In this document: in pieces, positions 19,701-28,410 of the stretch
Position numbering within the stretch: position 1 is the stretch's first letter
Layout: each line of letters opens with the position of its first letter
Assembly: GCA_036257855.1 (NCBI GenBank)
Contig: DATAET010000124.1
Coordinates: 4,087-68,086 of the forward strand
DNA from: Gaiellaceae bacterium
Lineage (GTDB): Bacteria > Actinomycetota > Thermoleophilia > Gaiellales > Gaiellaceae
DNA length: 64,000 nucleotides
Direction: 5' to 3'
Notes under the pieces: generated by a model
What the model was told of the DNA's origin: nothing
Seen by the model: the letters and a program-made list of their open reading frames with translations, nothing else
The model's database searches: none
Position numbers and translations under genes: made by a program

Positions 19701-19819
19701 TGCGGCTCGTCGTCCTCGGCGTCGCCGTCTTCGCGCTGTTGAGCGCTGCGCTCGTCGGCACGGCCACGCAACGGGCCTTCGCGGGTGCGCGGGGCCCGAG
19801 CTACCGGGAGACGGAGTAG
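16745..19819 (+). CDS. large FtsX-like ABC transporter permease (apparently duplicated FtsX module, 1024 aa)
   Basis: The sequence has an N-terminal TM segment followed by a large extracytoplasmic region and TM clusters around aa 290-480. A second large loop is followed by a C-terminal TM cluster (aa 900-1010). This is the MacB/YbbP-like organisation. Confidence 0.7.
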   Translation: MRSAPYVAGLAWRRLRRRDSGAFVTALGLVVATAVLAGVLAGVTIATDRSTARAIAGIPTSARSVRAVWFGIPGDESERLAVLDSAVADAFSGFGLDGPTPLVLFRESTVAGHYVGITAIDGVGPNVVLNSGRLPRTCTPARCEVLRLRGRGDLPNAPGLRLVQVGTARLRSRQLYGDFLRPTDSADADLHLAPALQRSGRYHRPAPGPLVVAEGRSALEHAAALARTYRTYAWVWPLAPGNPRLWQIDDVLRRSERARVALTTRSSSFAVDAPVEELRAAQRSANIAGRRLLLVGGEGAALLLAFTVLAARGMRRDLDEARRRLLWFGAQRWQLWLLTGIESAAVAAVGVLVGWLVGVGVAALAAALAGAPVSGVLHESVLSPEGLGIAIVAALVAAALVWLTVSLRPREGTGFGFVDLVAVAAVLVTAVALAGGVANEDRLASGDSSALLLLLLPGLVAVAAAIVVARTFPVLARWWSDRGRGSIATRLAAVGLGRGPGAAVATVAFLTIAFALALLAEGYRATLARSDREQAAFQVPLDIVVREDLENLVRVFDVATPARFQKLVGPGGEAHPVLRVTASAGRAEQVSGVTVLGLDHAAIENVGVWRTDWAGGRTPSDLAALVDPGRPVDQRGIRLPGGRMALTAGPGLLSFAGIVRLQDGSFRRIDLGSANHATVQLQAHVPPRAQLVGLELVPPPRIVERGADAGIAFVGTARISGPLARRMRPWIGVGGVVATTTPSGVVARAPLTPQRTSLLRPRQPTDDTPPSVLVTPRLADLAGGVGGLLPVELGGANVAVQVAGVVDRFPGASGETVVGDRIELRTAIDTVSPGAGRENELWLDVPPDRVPEVARALSRPPYRALATTVRADVEAEARHDPLAHGTLLALLATALVALVLASLGLALAVRADLRDDRGEHYDLEAQGSTPAFLRRVVRARAAGLSVAGLVAGLATGLGLLALVTRVVAVTARGGTPEPPLAVVVDLRLVVLGVAVFALLSAALVGTATQRAFAGARGPSYRETE

Positions 19820-21360
19820 TGCCGCCGCTCGTCGACGCCCGCGACCTCTTCGCCGTGTACCCGTCGCCGACGGGGGGCGTCGCAGCTCTCCAGGGGCTCA
19901 CCCTCGCTGTCGAGCAGGACGAGGTTTGCGTCGTGCTCGGACCGAGCGGATCGGGGAAGACGACCCTCATGCGCGTCCTGGCGGCGCTCGCCCGGCCCTC
20001 GGCGGGGTCGCTCGTCGTGGCCGGGATCGACCTCCTTCATGCGTCCCAGCGCGATGTCGGGCGCTACCGCCGCGACGTCCTCGGCTACGCCGATCAGCAC
20101 TACTGGCGGGCCCTCGCAGGCGAGCTGACCGCCGAGGAGCTCGTCGCGCTGCCGCTCGGGCTCGCCTCGACGCCGGAGAAGGAGCGGCGCGCCCGTGCCC
20201 GGGAGCTGCTCGAGCGCGTGGAGCTGCTCGATCGTGCCGACGCCTACCCGCGCGAGCTCTCGGGAGGCGAGCAACAGCGCATCGCGCTCTGCGCGGCGCT
20301 GGCCCACCGGCCGCGGCTGCTCATCGCGGACGAGCCGACCGGAGACCTGGACGCGGCCGCGGCTCGAGACGTCTACCAGCTTCTCGCCGAGCTCGTCTCC
20401 GAGCACGGCGCATCGGCAGTCGTCGTGAGCCACGATCCCGCCTCGACGGAGGTCGCGGATCGCGTCATCCACATCCGTGACGGGCGCGTGAGCGAGGAGC
20501 GCCAGGGCGAGGTCGAGACGGCGGTCGTCGGCGCGGGCGGCTGGTTGCGCATCCCCGAGGAGACGCTCCGCGCGGCGGGGATCCACGACCGTGCGCGCAT
20601 CGTTCTCGGCGAGGGCGCCGTCGGTCTCCATCCCGTCGACGGTCGCGTGGCCGCGGCTTCCGTACAGCCGTCGGTACGGCTCGACGGAGCGCGGGGCGAG
20701 ATCCTCGAGGCCCGCGGCGTCTCGCGGAGCTACGGTCCGCAGGTCGCGCTCGACCGGCTGGACGTCGTGTTCGCCCCGGGCGAGCTCACCGCCGTCGTCG
20801 GGCCCTCGGGCTCCGGCAAGTCCACGTTGCTCACCCTGCTCGCCGGGTTGGACGTCCCGGACGAGGGCGAGGTGCGGCTCGGCGACGTCATCGTGTCGCG
20901 GCTCGACCGCTCGGAACGAGCCGAGCTCCGTCGCCTGCGTGTCGCGGTCGTCGGACAGGCGCCGGGCCTCTCCGGCTTCCTCTCGGCCCGGGAGAACGTG
21001 GAGCTCGGGCTCGCGCTCCGCGGCATCGAGGCCGAAGAGGCGCGCGAACGCACCGCCGACACGCTCGCCGCAGTCGGGCTCGCGGCGCATGCTGAGCGTC
21101 GCGTCGATCTCCTCTCGGCCGGCCAGCGAGAGCGCGTGGCGCTCGCCCGCGCCTTCGCTGCCAGGACGCCGGTCGTGATCGCCGACGAGCCGAGTTCGCG
21201 CCTCGACTCGGTGACGACGGTCGAGATCGGCGCGCTCCTCGCCGAGCTCGCCCACGGGACGGGCACGACCGTCGTCTGTGCCACCCACGATCCGCTGCTC
21301 ATCGAGCTCGCCGACCGCGAGGTGCATCTCCGCGAGACGGTGGCGGTAGCATCGACCTGA
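19819..21360 (+). CDS. ABC transporter ATP-binding protein with two tandem NBDs
   Basis: There are two complete motif sets. The first is GPSGSGKTTL / LSGGEQQRIALCAAL / LLIADEPTGDLD. The second is GPSGSGKSTLL / LSAGQRERVALARAF / VVIADEPSSRLD. The GTG start overlaps the permease stop (TAGTG). Confidence 0.85.
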   Translation: MPPLVDARDLFAVYPSPTGGVAALQGLTLAVEQDEVCVVLGPSGSGKTTLMRVLAALARPSAGSLVVAGIDLLHASQRDVGRYRRDVLGYADQHYWRALAGELTAEELVALPLGLASTPEKERRARARELLERVELLDRADAYPRELSGGEQQRIALCAALAHRPRLLIADEPTGDLDAAAARDVYQLLAELVSEHGASAVVVSHDPASTEVADRVIHIRDGRVSEERQGEVETAVVGAGGWLRIPEETLRAAGIHDRARIVLGEGAVGLHPVDGRVAAASVQPSVRLDGARGEILEARGVSRSYGPQVALDRLDVVFAPGELTAVVGPSGSGKSTLLTLLAGLDVPDEGEVRLGDVIVSRLDRSERAELRRLRVAVVGQAPGLSGFLSARENVELGLALRGIEAEEARERTADTLAAVGLAAHAERRVDLLSAGQRERVALARAFAARTPVVIADEPSSRLDSVTTVEIGALLAELAHGTGTTVVCATHDPLLIELADREVHLRETVAVAST

Positions 21361-21578
21361 TGACGACGGCGACGGTGGTGGTGAGCGGAGTCCGGTGCGA
21401 GCGCTGCATCGGGCGGCTCGCGGTCGCCCTTCGGTCGCACGAGGGCATCGAGTACGCGAACGCCAATCTCATGGGCGAGGTCTCGCTTGCGTGGGACGAG
21501 GACAAGACGACTCGGAGCGCGATCGTTGACGCTCTCGCTCGCTCGGGCTTCCCGGAAATCCGCTCCGAGCGGGAATAG
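21360..21578 (+). CDS. heavy-metal-associated (HMA, CopZ-like) domain protein
   Basis: The 72-aa sequence has a beta-alpha-beta-beta-alpha-beta pattern and a CxxC metal motif (VVVSGVRCERCIGRLAVALRS). The ATG overlaps the ATPase stop (TGATG). Confidence 0.65.
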   Translation: MTTATVVVSGVRCERCIGRLAVALRSHEGIEYANANLMGEVSLAWDEDKTTRSAIVDALARSGFPEIRSERE

Positions 21579-21632
21579 CGGCCCGCGACGGCTCGTTCCA
21601 GCCTCCTGGACACGCAGCGGTACGGTACGCCG

Positions 21633-22217
21633 ATGAGCGAGGCGGGCCCCGAGACCGAAGCGCGACGGATCGCGACGGAGGCCCGCGACCGTGCGCGTTT
21701 CGAGGAGGAGGCGCTCGCCCTCGCCGATCAGGTGTACCGGGTAGCGAGACGACTCGTCGGCTCGCGGGAGGAGGCAGAGGATCTGGTGCAGGAGACGTAC
21801 GCAAGGGCATTCCGGAGCTGGAGGTCGTTCACCCCGGGGACGAACCTGCGCGCGTGGCTTCTCCGCATCCTGACGAATCTCAACGTCGACCGCGGCCGCA
21901 AGGTCCAGCGCACCCCGCAGATGCAGCAGCTCGAAGAGACGGACTACTACCTCGCGAACAAGATGGCCTCGGCAGCCGGCGAGGAGGCGCTCGAGTCGGA
22001 CGACGTCGTCGAGCGACTGTCGCAGGACTCGATCGTCAACGCCCTCTCGGAGATCCAGCCGCAGTTCCGCGACGTCGTAGTGCTGGTCGACATCGGGGAC
22101 TTTTCGTACGCTGACGCGGCACACATCCTCGACATCCCCATCGGAACCGTGATGTCCCGACTCCACCGTGGTCGACGCGCACTGAAGCAACAACTCGCCG
22201 AGGAGGCCTTGCAGTGA
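21633..22217 (+). CDS. ECF (group IV) RNA polymerase sigma factor
   Basis: Region 2 reads EDLVQETYARAFRSW...TNLRAWLLRILTNLNVDR. Region 4 reads FRDVVVLVDIGDFSYADAAHILDIPIGTVMSRLHRGR. Confidence 0.85.
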   Translation: MSEAGPETEARRIATEARDRARFEEEALALADQVYRVARRLVGSREEAEDLVQETYARAFRSWRSFTPGTNLRAWLLRILTNLNVDRGRKVQRTPQMQQLEETDYYLANKMASAAGEEALESDDVVERLSQDSIVNALSEIQPQFRDVVVLVDIGDFSYADAAHILDIPIGTVMSRLHRGRRALKQQLAEEALQ

Positions 22218-22453
22218 GCCCAGCTCCGTGCGACCGCTGCGAGGAGTTGCTGCAGGACTTCCTCGACCGGACGCTCACGGACGCGGAGTGGCGCGAGGCG
22301 GAGACGCACCTCTCCGACTGCGACTACTGTCGACGTCGGTATCGCTTCGAGGAGAGCCTGCGCCGCTACGTGAGGACGAGCGCCGTCGAGCGCATGCCAC
22401 CAGGCCTCATGGACAAGCTCGCGGAGCTCCGCGGGCTCGACGCCACCGCGTAG
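22214..22453 (+). CDS. zinc-binding anti-sigma factor (ZAS, RsrA/RshA-like)
   Basis: The sequence has an HxxxCxxC motif (HLSDCDYC) plus an upstream Cys (CDRCEELL). It is 79 aa and has a 4-nt overlap with the sigma gene. Confidence 0.8.
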   Translation: MSPAPCDRCEELLQDFLDRTLTDAEWREAETHLSDCDYCRRRYRFEESLRRYVRTSAVERMPPGLMDKLAELRGLDATA

Positions 22454-22457
22454 CCGA

Positions 22458-22958
22458 CTAGAGATCCTCCGGCGTATCGACGTCGCCGGGCGCCCCGAGA
22501 TCGTCGCACGGAACGAGGCGGACGGGCAGTTCGCGGAGGCCCTCGTCCGGAATGGCACGCCACGCATCGCGGCCGAGGACGAGCGGATGTCCGCGGCCGC
22601 CGTCGTAGGACGCGGCCACGATCCCACCGTCCGCTTCCCAGTCGGAGAGTACGCGCTCGACCGCCCGTGGGGAGAGGTTCGGTCCGTCCGCGAGCACGAC
22701 CACTGCCGCGTCGACGTCGTCGCCGAGCGCCGCGAGGCCGCAGCGCAACGACGCTCCGGGGCCGCGGGCCCAGTCGGGGCAAGGGACGAGGCGCGCACCG
22801 CCCGACTCGAGCGGGTGGGCGCCCTCGACGACGACGATCTCGTCCACCGGGCTCGCGCGAAGACGCTCGAGAACCCGGGGGAGCAGGATGCGCTGCTTCG
22901 GGCTTCCGAACCGCGATGCCTCACCCGCCGCGAGGACGATCGCGGCGACGTCGCCCAT
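22458..22958 (-). CDS. MobA/MocA-like nucleotidyltransferase (molybdenum cofactor cytidylyl/guanylyl-transferase family)
   Basis: The N-terminal motif AAIVLAAGEASRFGSPKQ is typical of the NTP_transf_3 family. It overlaps the upstream PPIase stop by 1 nt. Confidence 0.65.
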   Translation of the reverse strand: MGDVAAIVLAAGEASRFGSPKQRILLPRVLERLRASPVDEIVVVEGAHPLESGGARLVPCPDWARGPGASLRCGLAALGDDVDAAVVVLADGPNLSPRAVERVLSDWEADGGIVAASYDGGRGHPLVLGRDAWRAIPDEGLRELPVRLVPCDDLGAPGDVDTPEDL

Positions 22959-23614
22959 CAGCTCTCGCCGACGGTGACCCTCGTGACGACGACCGGCTCG
23001 GACGGCGGGCCGTCGGCTACTCCGAGGGAGTCGATGCGCTCGACCGTGTCCATCCCGTCCGTCACCTTGCCGACGATCGCGTACTCCGGTGGCAGTCCGG
23101 CATCGGCGCCGGTGACGACGAAGAACTGGCTGCCGGCGGTTCCGGGCGGCTCGTCCGGGGCTTTCGCCATCGCGACCACCCCTTTGGTGTACGCGGCGTC
23201 CGAGGGAGGCACGTCGACGGTGCTGTAGCCAGGGCCGCCCGAGCCGGACTGCGTCGGGTCGCCGCCCTGGATGACGAAGCCCGGCACGACGCGATGGAAG
23301 AGCGTGTCGTCGTAGTAGCCGTCGCGCACGAGCGCGACGAGCGACGCGGTCGTCTTCGGCGCGAGCGTCGGGTCGAGCGTCACCGTGAACGACCCGCAGG
23401 TCGTCTCGAAGGTGAGCGTGTACGTCTTCTCGGCGTCGAGTTTCGCGCTCGGCGCCTTGTGCTTGCCGCCGTCACGGGGATCCGGCGGCTCGACGCTCGT
23501 GCACTCCGAGGGAGACGCACCCGTGGAGCTCGTCGCCGACTCGTCGCCGCCGCCGCACCCGGCGAGGAACGCGATCGCGGCGAGAGCGGCGAGCAGGACC
23601 AGCAAGGCGCGCAC
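22958..23614 (-). CDS. cyclophilin-type peptidyl-prolyl isomerase, lipoprotein
   Basis: I take GTG 23614 as the start (VRALLVLLAALAAIAFLAGCGG, lipobox LAGC). Cyclophilin motifs are FHRVVPGFVIQGGDP and GVVAMAKA...GSQFFVV. Confidence 0.85.
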   Translation of the reverse strand: MRALLVLLAALAAIAFLAGCGGGDESATSSTGASPSECTSVEPPDPRDGGKHKAPSAKLDAEKTYTLTFETTCGSFTVTLDPTLAPKTTASLVALVRDGYYDDTLFHRVVPGFVIQGGDPTQSGSGGPGYSTVDVPPSDAAYTKGVVAMAKAPDEPPGTAGSQFFVVTGADAGLPPEYAIVGKVTDGMDTVERIDSLGVADGPPSEPVVVTRVTVGES

Positions 23615-23635
23615 GGCCTGCGATCCTATCCACGG

Positions 23636-24214
23636 ATGTCGGGTGTGACGCGCTGCGAGTGGGCTACCGGAGGCGACGAGCTGATGCTTGCCCACCACGA
23701 CTCCGAGTGGGGTGTCCCCTCGCACGACGACCGGCATCTCTTCGAGCTGCTAACCCTCGAAGGCGCCCAGGCGGGCCTCTCCTGGTCGACGATCCTGCGC
23801 AAGCGCGAGGGTTACCGGCGTGCGTTCGCCGGGTTCGATCCCGACGTCGTCGCGCGCTTCACGGCCAGGGACGTCGAGCGACTGCTTGCGGATCCCGAGA
23901 TCGTGCGGAACCGCCTCAAGGTCGAGTCGACGATCGCAAACGCCGGACGTGTGCTCGAGGTGCAGTCGACGGACGGGAGCTTCGACGCCTACCTGTGGAG
24001 CTTCGTGGACGGCGAGCCGCTCGTCGGTGGCTGGAGGACGCTGGCGGAGCTCCCGGCGGAGACTGATCTCTCGCGTGCTCTTTCGAAGGACCTGAAGCGT
24101 CGCGGCTTCCGCTTCGTCGGTCCGACCATCTGCTACGCCTTCATGCAGTCTGTCGGCATGGTCGACGACCACACGGTCGACTGCTTCCGGTACGCCGCTA
24201 CGCGCGGGTCGTGA
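23636..24214 (+). CDS. tag: DNA-3-methyladenine glycosylase I
   Basis: MSGVTRCEWATGGDELMLAHHDSEWGVPSHDDRHLFELLTLEGAQAGLSWSTILRKRE aligns closely with E. coli Tag as I remember it. The start is ATG 23636 inside the tracked ORF 22667..24214. Confidence 0.85.
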   Translation: MSGVTRCEWATGGDELMLAHHDSEWGVPSHDDRHLFELLTLEGAQAGLSWSTILRKREGYRRAFAGFDPDVVARFTARDVERLLADPEIVRNRLKVESTIANAGRVLEVQSTDGSFDAYLWSFVDGEPLVGGWRTLAELPAETDLSRALSKDLKRRGFRFVGPTICYAFMQSVGMVDDHTVDCFRYAATRGS

Positions 24215-25346
24215 GCGAGATCATGTCGGCCAGGTTGACGAGCTGGATCGCCGCCCGGAACGTCCTGACGCGCTCGTCGTCCTCGAGCTCGGTGCAGTCA
24301 CGCCAGAGCTCCTGGGCGGTCATCAGGAGCTCCTGGATGCGCTCGGACTCCTCCGGGTGGCCGTTGCCGCGTTCGCGCGAGGCGTTGACGGCGAGCCCGA
24401 TCGCGCCGATCGCGTCCCGCTGACGGAGCCAGAGCAGCGGTACCGCCATGGAGATGTACTGGTGGATTCGCGCGAAGGTCAGCGGCTGCACGAGCGACGT
24501 CGGTCCCCTGGGAGAGGAGAGGGGCTCGAGCTCGCGCCGCTCGGCGATGCGCCGAGCGCTTCCGCCGAACATGAGTCGCAGCTGCTTGTCGTCGAAGCCG
24601 GCGAGCTTCGCGGTCCTGACGGAGACGAGCAGCGAGTTCGGTTGCCTGCCGTACGGGTAGTCCGACGCGTACAGCACTTGCTCGGGGGAGACCTGGCGGT
24701 AGAGGTCGAGGAGGTCGAGGCCACTCCACACGGAGGTGTCGAAGAAGACGCCGGGCCGTCCTCCGAGCCGACCCGCCAGCCCTGCCATGTCGGCGATGCC
24801 CGCGTGCGCGACGATCAGCTGGACGCCCTCGTTGCGCTCGACGAGCGCATCGAGGTCCTTCGCGATCGGGGGGAGCCCGCGCCCGCCGTGGATCAGGATC
24901 GGGACCGCTCGCTCGACGGCGAGCTCGAAGATCGGCTGCAGGCGCTCGTCGTCGAGAGCGAACGCCTGCGCCCGTGGGTGGAGCTTGATCCCGCGTGCCC
25001 CGAGGCCGAGGCACCGCCTCGCCTCCTCCAGCGGTTGTGCGGTCAGGTCGAGGCGGACGAACGGGATGAGCCTGCCCTGCGACCGGCGCGCGTGGGCGAG
25101 GGTCCTGTCGTTCGGGACCGTGAAGGCCGGCTCTCGGTCGTGCTCGTCCATGCAGAAGACGAAGGCGGTCTCGAAGCGATAGCGGTCGAGCGTCGCAGTG
25201 AGCTCGTCGTAGCTTCCGGCCATCCCGTCGATGTCGTTCCCGAGGTGGGTGTGTGCATCGAACAGCCCTACGTCCTCGGGCAACTCGCGCTTCAGGACGT
25301 TCTCCCACGCCTCGACGATCGTGCGCGCGCGCTCCGTGGCGGTCAT
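24198..25346 (-). CDS. amidohydrolase-family metal-dependent hydrolase (Amidohydro_2-like) with C-terminal helical extension
   Basis: The sequence has FDAHTHLG and further His/Asp motifs (KLHPRAQ, LIHGG, VAHAG, SDYPY). ATG 25346 overlaps the CoxL-like stop (ATGA). Confidence 0.7.
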   Translation of the reverse strand: MTATERARTIVEAWENVLKRELPEDVGLFDAHTHLGNDIDGMAGSYDELTATLDRYRFETAFVFCMDEHDREPAFTVPNDRTLAHARRSQGRLIPFVRLDLTAQPLEEARRCLGLGARGIKLHPRAQAFALDDERLQPIFELAVERAVPILIHGGRGLPPIAKDLDALVERNEGVQLIVAHAGIADMAGLAGRLGGRPGVFFDTSVWSGLDLLDLYRQVSPEQVLYASDYPYGRQPNSLLVSVRTAKLAGFDDKQLRLMFGGSARRIAERRELEPLSSPRGPTSLVQPLTFARIHQYISMAVPLLWLRQRDAIGAIGLAVNASRERGNGHPEESERIQELLMTAQELWRDCTELEDDERVRTFRAAIQLVNLADMISLTTRA

Positions 25347-27610
25347 TCGCGAAGTGCGCCCCAGATGCGCGCAGGTGTCATCGGAAGCTCGTACAGGCGG
25401 GTCCCGCATGCGGCCGCGACGGCGTTCGCGATCGCGGCCGGCGCGCCCACGACCGGGGCCTCGCCGATGCCCTTCGCACCGAAGGGGCCGTCTGGGGCAG
25501 GCACCTCGACGATGAGTGTCTCGATCTCGGGGACCCGCTCGGCCGTGGGGATCGCGTAGTCGAGGAACGATCCCGTGAGCAGTCGGCCGCCGTCGTCGTG
25601 GTCGAGCTGCTCGAAGAGCGCCCACCCCATGCCCTGGGTCGCGCCGCCCCGCATCTGGCCCTCGACGAGGGCTGGGTTCAGCGCGCGGCCGACGTCCTGG
25701 GCGATTACGTGCCGCAGGAGCTCGACCTCTCCGGTCTCGCGATCGACGCGGACGTGGGAGAGGTGCGCGGCGACCGAGGGCGCTCCTCGCGTCTGTGCGG
25801 ATCCGCCATGTCCCTCGATCGGCTCGTAGCGCCCGCCGAAGCGGAGCGCCTTCTGGGCGATCTCCTCCACCGTGATCGACCGGTCCGGAGCGCCCACGGC
25901 ACGCACGACGCCGTCGACCACCTCGAGGTCGTCCGGGGCGATCTCGAGCTCCTGCGAGGCAGCCGCAAGGAGCTTCTCGCGCGCCGACTCGGCGGCCCGC
26001 AGCACAGCAGGGCCGACGGTGTACGTGACCTTCGAGCCTCCGCTCGCTCCCGAATACGGCGCCGAGCTCGTGTCCGCAGTGACCACGCGGACCTTGTCGG
26101 GCGAGAGGCCGAAGGCTGCCGCCGCGATCACCGCGAAGCCGGTGTTGACACCGCTCATGTCAGCGGCAGCCGTGACGACGGTCATCGTCCCGTCGGCGTT
26201 CACGCGACAGACGGCTGCGGCCGGTTCGTTTCCCCCGGGCCAGTGCCCGATCGCCATCCCGAGCCCTTCGCCGTCGGGGAGCGAGTGGCGTGCGGCCCAG
26301 AGCGGATGCTCCCGGATCCGCTCGAGAACGTCGATCACTCCGATAGCCGGGAACGGGTTGCCGCTGATGCTGAGATCCCCTTCGACGACGGCGTTCCGGA
26401 GGCGCATCTCGATGGGGTCGAGCCCGAGCTTCCCCGCGAGCTCGTCGAGCAGCGACTCCAGCGCGAACGCTGCCGTCGGGGCACCGGGCGCGCGGTAGGC
26501 GCCGAACGTGAAGCGATTCGTCTGCACGCCGTAGCCCCGAAGGTCGTGCGCCTCCCAGCGATACGGTCCGGCGACGAGCAGAGAGCTGGTGCCCTCCACG
26601 CCCCAGCCCGTGTTCGAACCGCGGTCGACGATCAGGCGCCCCTCGATGCCCGTGAACGTGCCGTCCTTTCGGGCGCCGACCTTGAGGTGCGTCACCTGGG
26701 CCGAAGCAGGGTTCGTCGCCTGGAAGTCCTCGCTACGAGTGAAGACGATCCGCACGGGACGCCTGAGTGCGAGAGCAGCACCTACTGCGAGCGGCTCGAC
26801 CAAGGCGAACTTGCCGCCGAAGGCGCCGCCCAGCGGCTCCGCGATCACCCGGATGTCCTCGAGCGGAAGGTCGAAGGCACGTGCGAGCTCTCTCCTCGTG
26901 ATGAACGAGCCCTGGGTGCTCGTCGAGACGACGAGAGTCCCCGACGGCTCAAGCCACGCCGTGCACACCTGCGGCTCGATGTACGCCTGGTAGACCCAGG
27001 GCGTCCGGAACGTGCCCTCGACGATCGCGTCGCTCGACGCGAACGCGGCGCCCACGTCGCCGTCGTCGCGCGTGATCCGGTCGAGCACGTTGTCGGAGAG
27101 CTCCTCGCCCGGGTCGTCCTCCTGGCCGTGGTCGACGCCCGCGTGCACCGACTCGAGGTCGCCGCCCTCCTCGGGTTTCTCCACGAGCCTCGCGAGCGGG
27201 GCTCCGGGCTCCATCGCAGCCTCGACATCGACAACGACGTCGAGTAGCTCGTAGTCGACGACGACGGCCTCGGCGCCGTCCTCTGCTGCCGCCTCGGTCT
27301 CGCCGATGACCAGCGCGACGGGCTGGCCGGCGAACACGACCTCCTCACGGGCCAGTGGTTCTGAGGTCCGATCGGTGCCGGCTGTGGCAAGTGGAAGGTC
27401 GGACGCGACGAGAACTGCGACGACACCGGGCGTGGCGAGCGCTGCCTCCTTGTCGACACCACGGATTCGTGCATGCACTTCGGTCGAGAGCACGGGGCGT
27501 GCGTGGAGGAGCCCGTGGACGTAGCCGTCCGCGGCGTAGCGCGTTGCCCCCGTCACCTTGTCGGGCGCGTCGACGCGCGGCCGCGCCACGCCGATCAGCG
27601 TCTCGCTCAC
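25343..27610 (-). CDS. xanthine dehydrogenase-family molybdopterin-binding large subunit (CoxL-like)
   Basis: The 755-aa sequence has aldehyde oxidase/XDH a/b hammerhead and MoCo-binding motifs (GGAFGGK, FGAYRAPGAP, GIGEAPVVGAPAAIANAV). It has no CODH VAYRCSFR loop. Confidence 0.85.
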   Translation of the reverse strand: MSETLIGVARPRVDAPDKVTGATRYAADGYVHGLLHARPVLSTEVHARIRGVDKEAALATPGVVAVLVASDLPLATAGTDRTSEPLAREEVVFAGQPVALVIGETEAAAEDGAEAVVVDYELLDVVVDVEAAMEPGAPLARLVEKPEEGGDLESVHAGVDHGQEDDPGEELSDNVLDRITRDDGDVGAAFASSDAIVEGTFRTPWVYQAYIEPQVCTAWLEPSGTLVVSTSTQGSFITRRELARAFDLPLEDIRVIAEPLGGAFGGKFALVEPLAVGAALALRRPVRIVFTRSEDFQATNPASAQVTHLKVGARKDGTFTGIEGRLIVDRGSNTGWGVEGTSSLLVAGPYRWEAHDLRGYGVQTNRFTFGAYRAPGAPTAAFALESLLDELAGKLGLDPIEMRLRNAVVEGDLSISGNPFPAIGVIDVLERIREHPLWAARHSLPDGEGLGMAIGHWPGGNEPAAAVCRVNADGTMTVVTAAADMSGVNTGFAVIAAAAFGLSPDKVRVVTADTSSAPYSGASGGSKVTYTVGPAVLRAAESAREKLLAAASQELEIAPDDLEVVDGVVRAVGAPDRSITVEEIAQKALRFGGRYEPIEGHGGSAQTRGAPSVAAHLSHVRVDRETGEVELLRHVIAQDVGRALNPALVEGQMRGGATQGMGWALFEQLDHDDGGRLLTGSFLDYAIPTAERVPEIETLIVEVPAPDGPFGAKGIGEAPVVGAPAAIANAVAAACGTRLYELPMTPARIWGALRE

Positions 27611-28410
27611 GTCTTCTCCTCGGCGCGTGCGCGTGCCGTCCGCAAGGCCCGCGCGACGAGCACAGCTGCAAGCTCGCGCCGGTACTCGACGGATGCGAAG
27701 CGGTCGCCGTAGATCTCGGCCGCGGCGATCGCCGCGCTCGGATCGCCTACCGCGAGCACGAACGGCGTCGCTCCGACGCCCGTGAGCGCGACGGTCTCAC
27801 GGGCCGGCGCGACGAGTGCCGCTGCGCCGACGAGCGCGAAGCCCGACGCGGGATGCTCCACCGAGGCATAGGCCGACCCGGACGCCGGAGGAGGCAAAGG
27901 GACGACGACTTCGATGACGAGCTCGCCGGGGGCAATGGCCGTCGTGAACGGCCCGACGAGCACGTCTGCGAGCGGGAGCTCGCGTTCGCCGTCGGGCGAG
28001 CGGAGGCGGAGGCGCGCTTCGAGAGCGAGCAGGACTGCCGTCATGTCGGACGCCGGATCCGCGTGCGCGATGCTCCCGCCGACGGTTCCGAGATTACGGA
28101 CCTGGAGGTCCCCGATGCCCGCCGCGGACTCCGCGATCGCCGCGAGCCCGGAGCGCCCGACCGTGTCCGACTCCACGAGCTCGCGCCACGTCGTGAGTGC
28201 CCCGATGTGGAGCTCTCCGTCACGCTCCGAGACCCCGCGGAGATCGAGCCGCGAGATGTCGACGACGACGGACGGCCGCGCGATTCGGAGTTTCATCACG
28301 GGGATGAGCGACTGACCGCCTGCGATCGCCTTCGCGTCCGGTTCCTCGAGCAGCTCGAGGGCGTGGTCGACGTCGGTTGCACGCGCGTAGCGCGTCGCGG
28401 CCGGGATCAC
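27607..28410 (-). CDS. FAD-binding medium subunit of molybdenum hydroxylase (CoxM-like)
   Basis: AIAGGQSLIPVMKLR and NLGTVGGSIAHADP are FAD_binding_5 motifs. GTG 28410 overlaps the small-subunit stop (GTGA). Confidence 0.8.
   Translation of the reverse strand: MIPAATRYARATDVDHALELLEEPDAKAIAGGQSLIPVMKLRIARPSVVVDISRLDLRGVSERDGELHIGALTTWRELVESDTVGRSGLAAIAESAAGIGDLQVRNLGTVGGSIAHADPASDMTAVLLALEARLRLRSPDGERELPLADVLVGPFTTAIAPGELVIEVVVPLPPPASGSAYASVEHPASGFALVGAAALVAPARETVALTGVGATPFVLAVGDPSAAIAAAEIYGDRFASVEYRRELAAVLVARALRTARARAEEKT

Noticed and set aside
21579-21632. Autoregulatory ECF promoter (GGAAC/GGAAT-N16-18-GTT type) upstream of the sigma gene.
   Set aside because: Only GGAC and GTAC fragments are present, at the wrong spacing. 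The TACGGT box 6 nt from the ATG fits a housekeeping-type leaderless promoter better.
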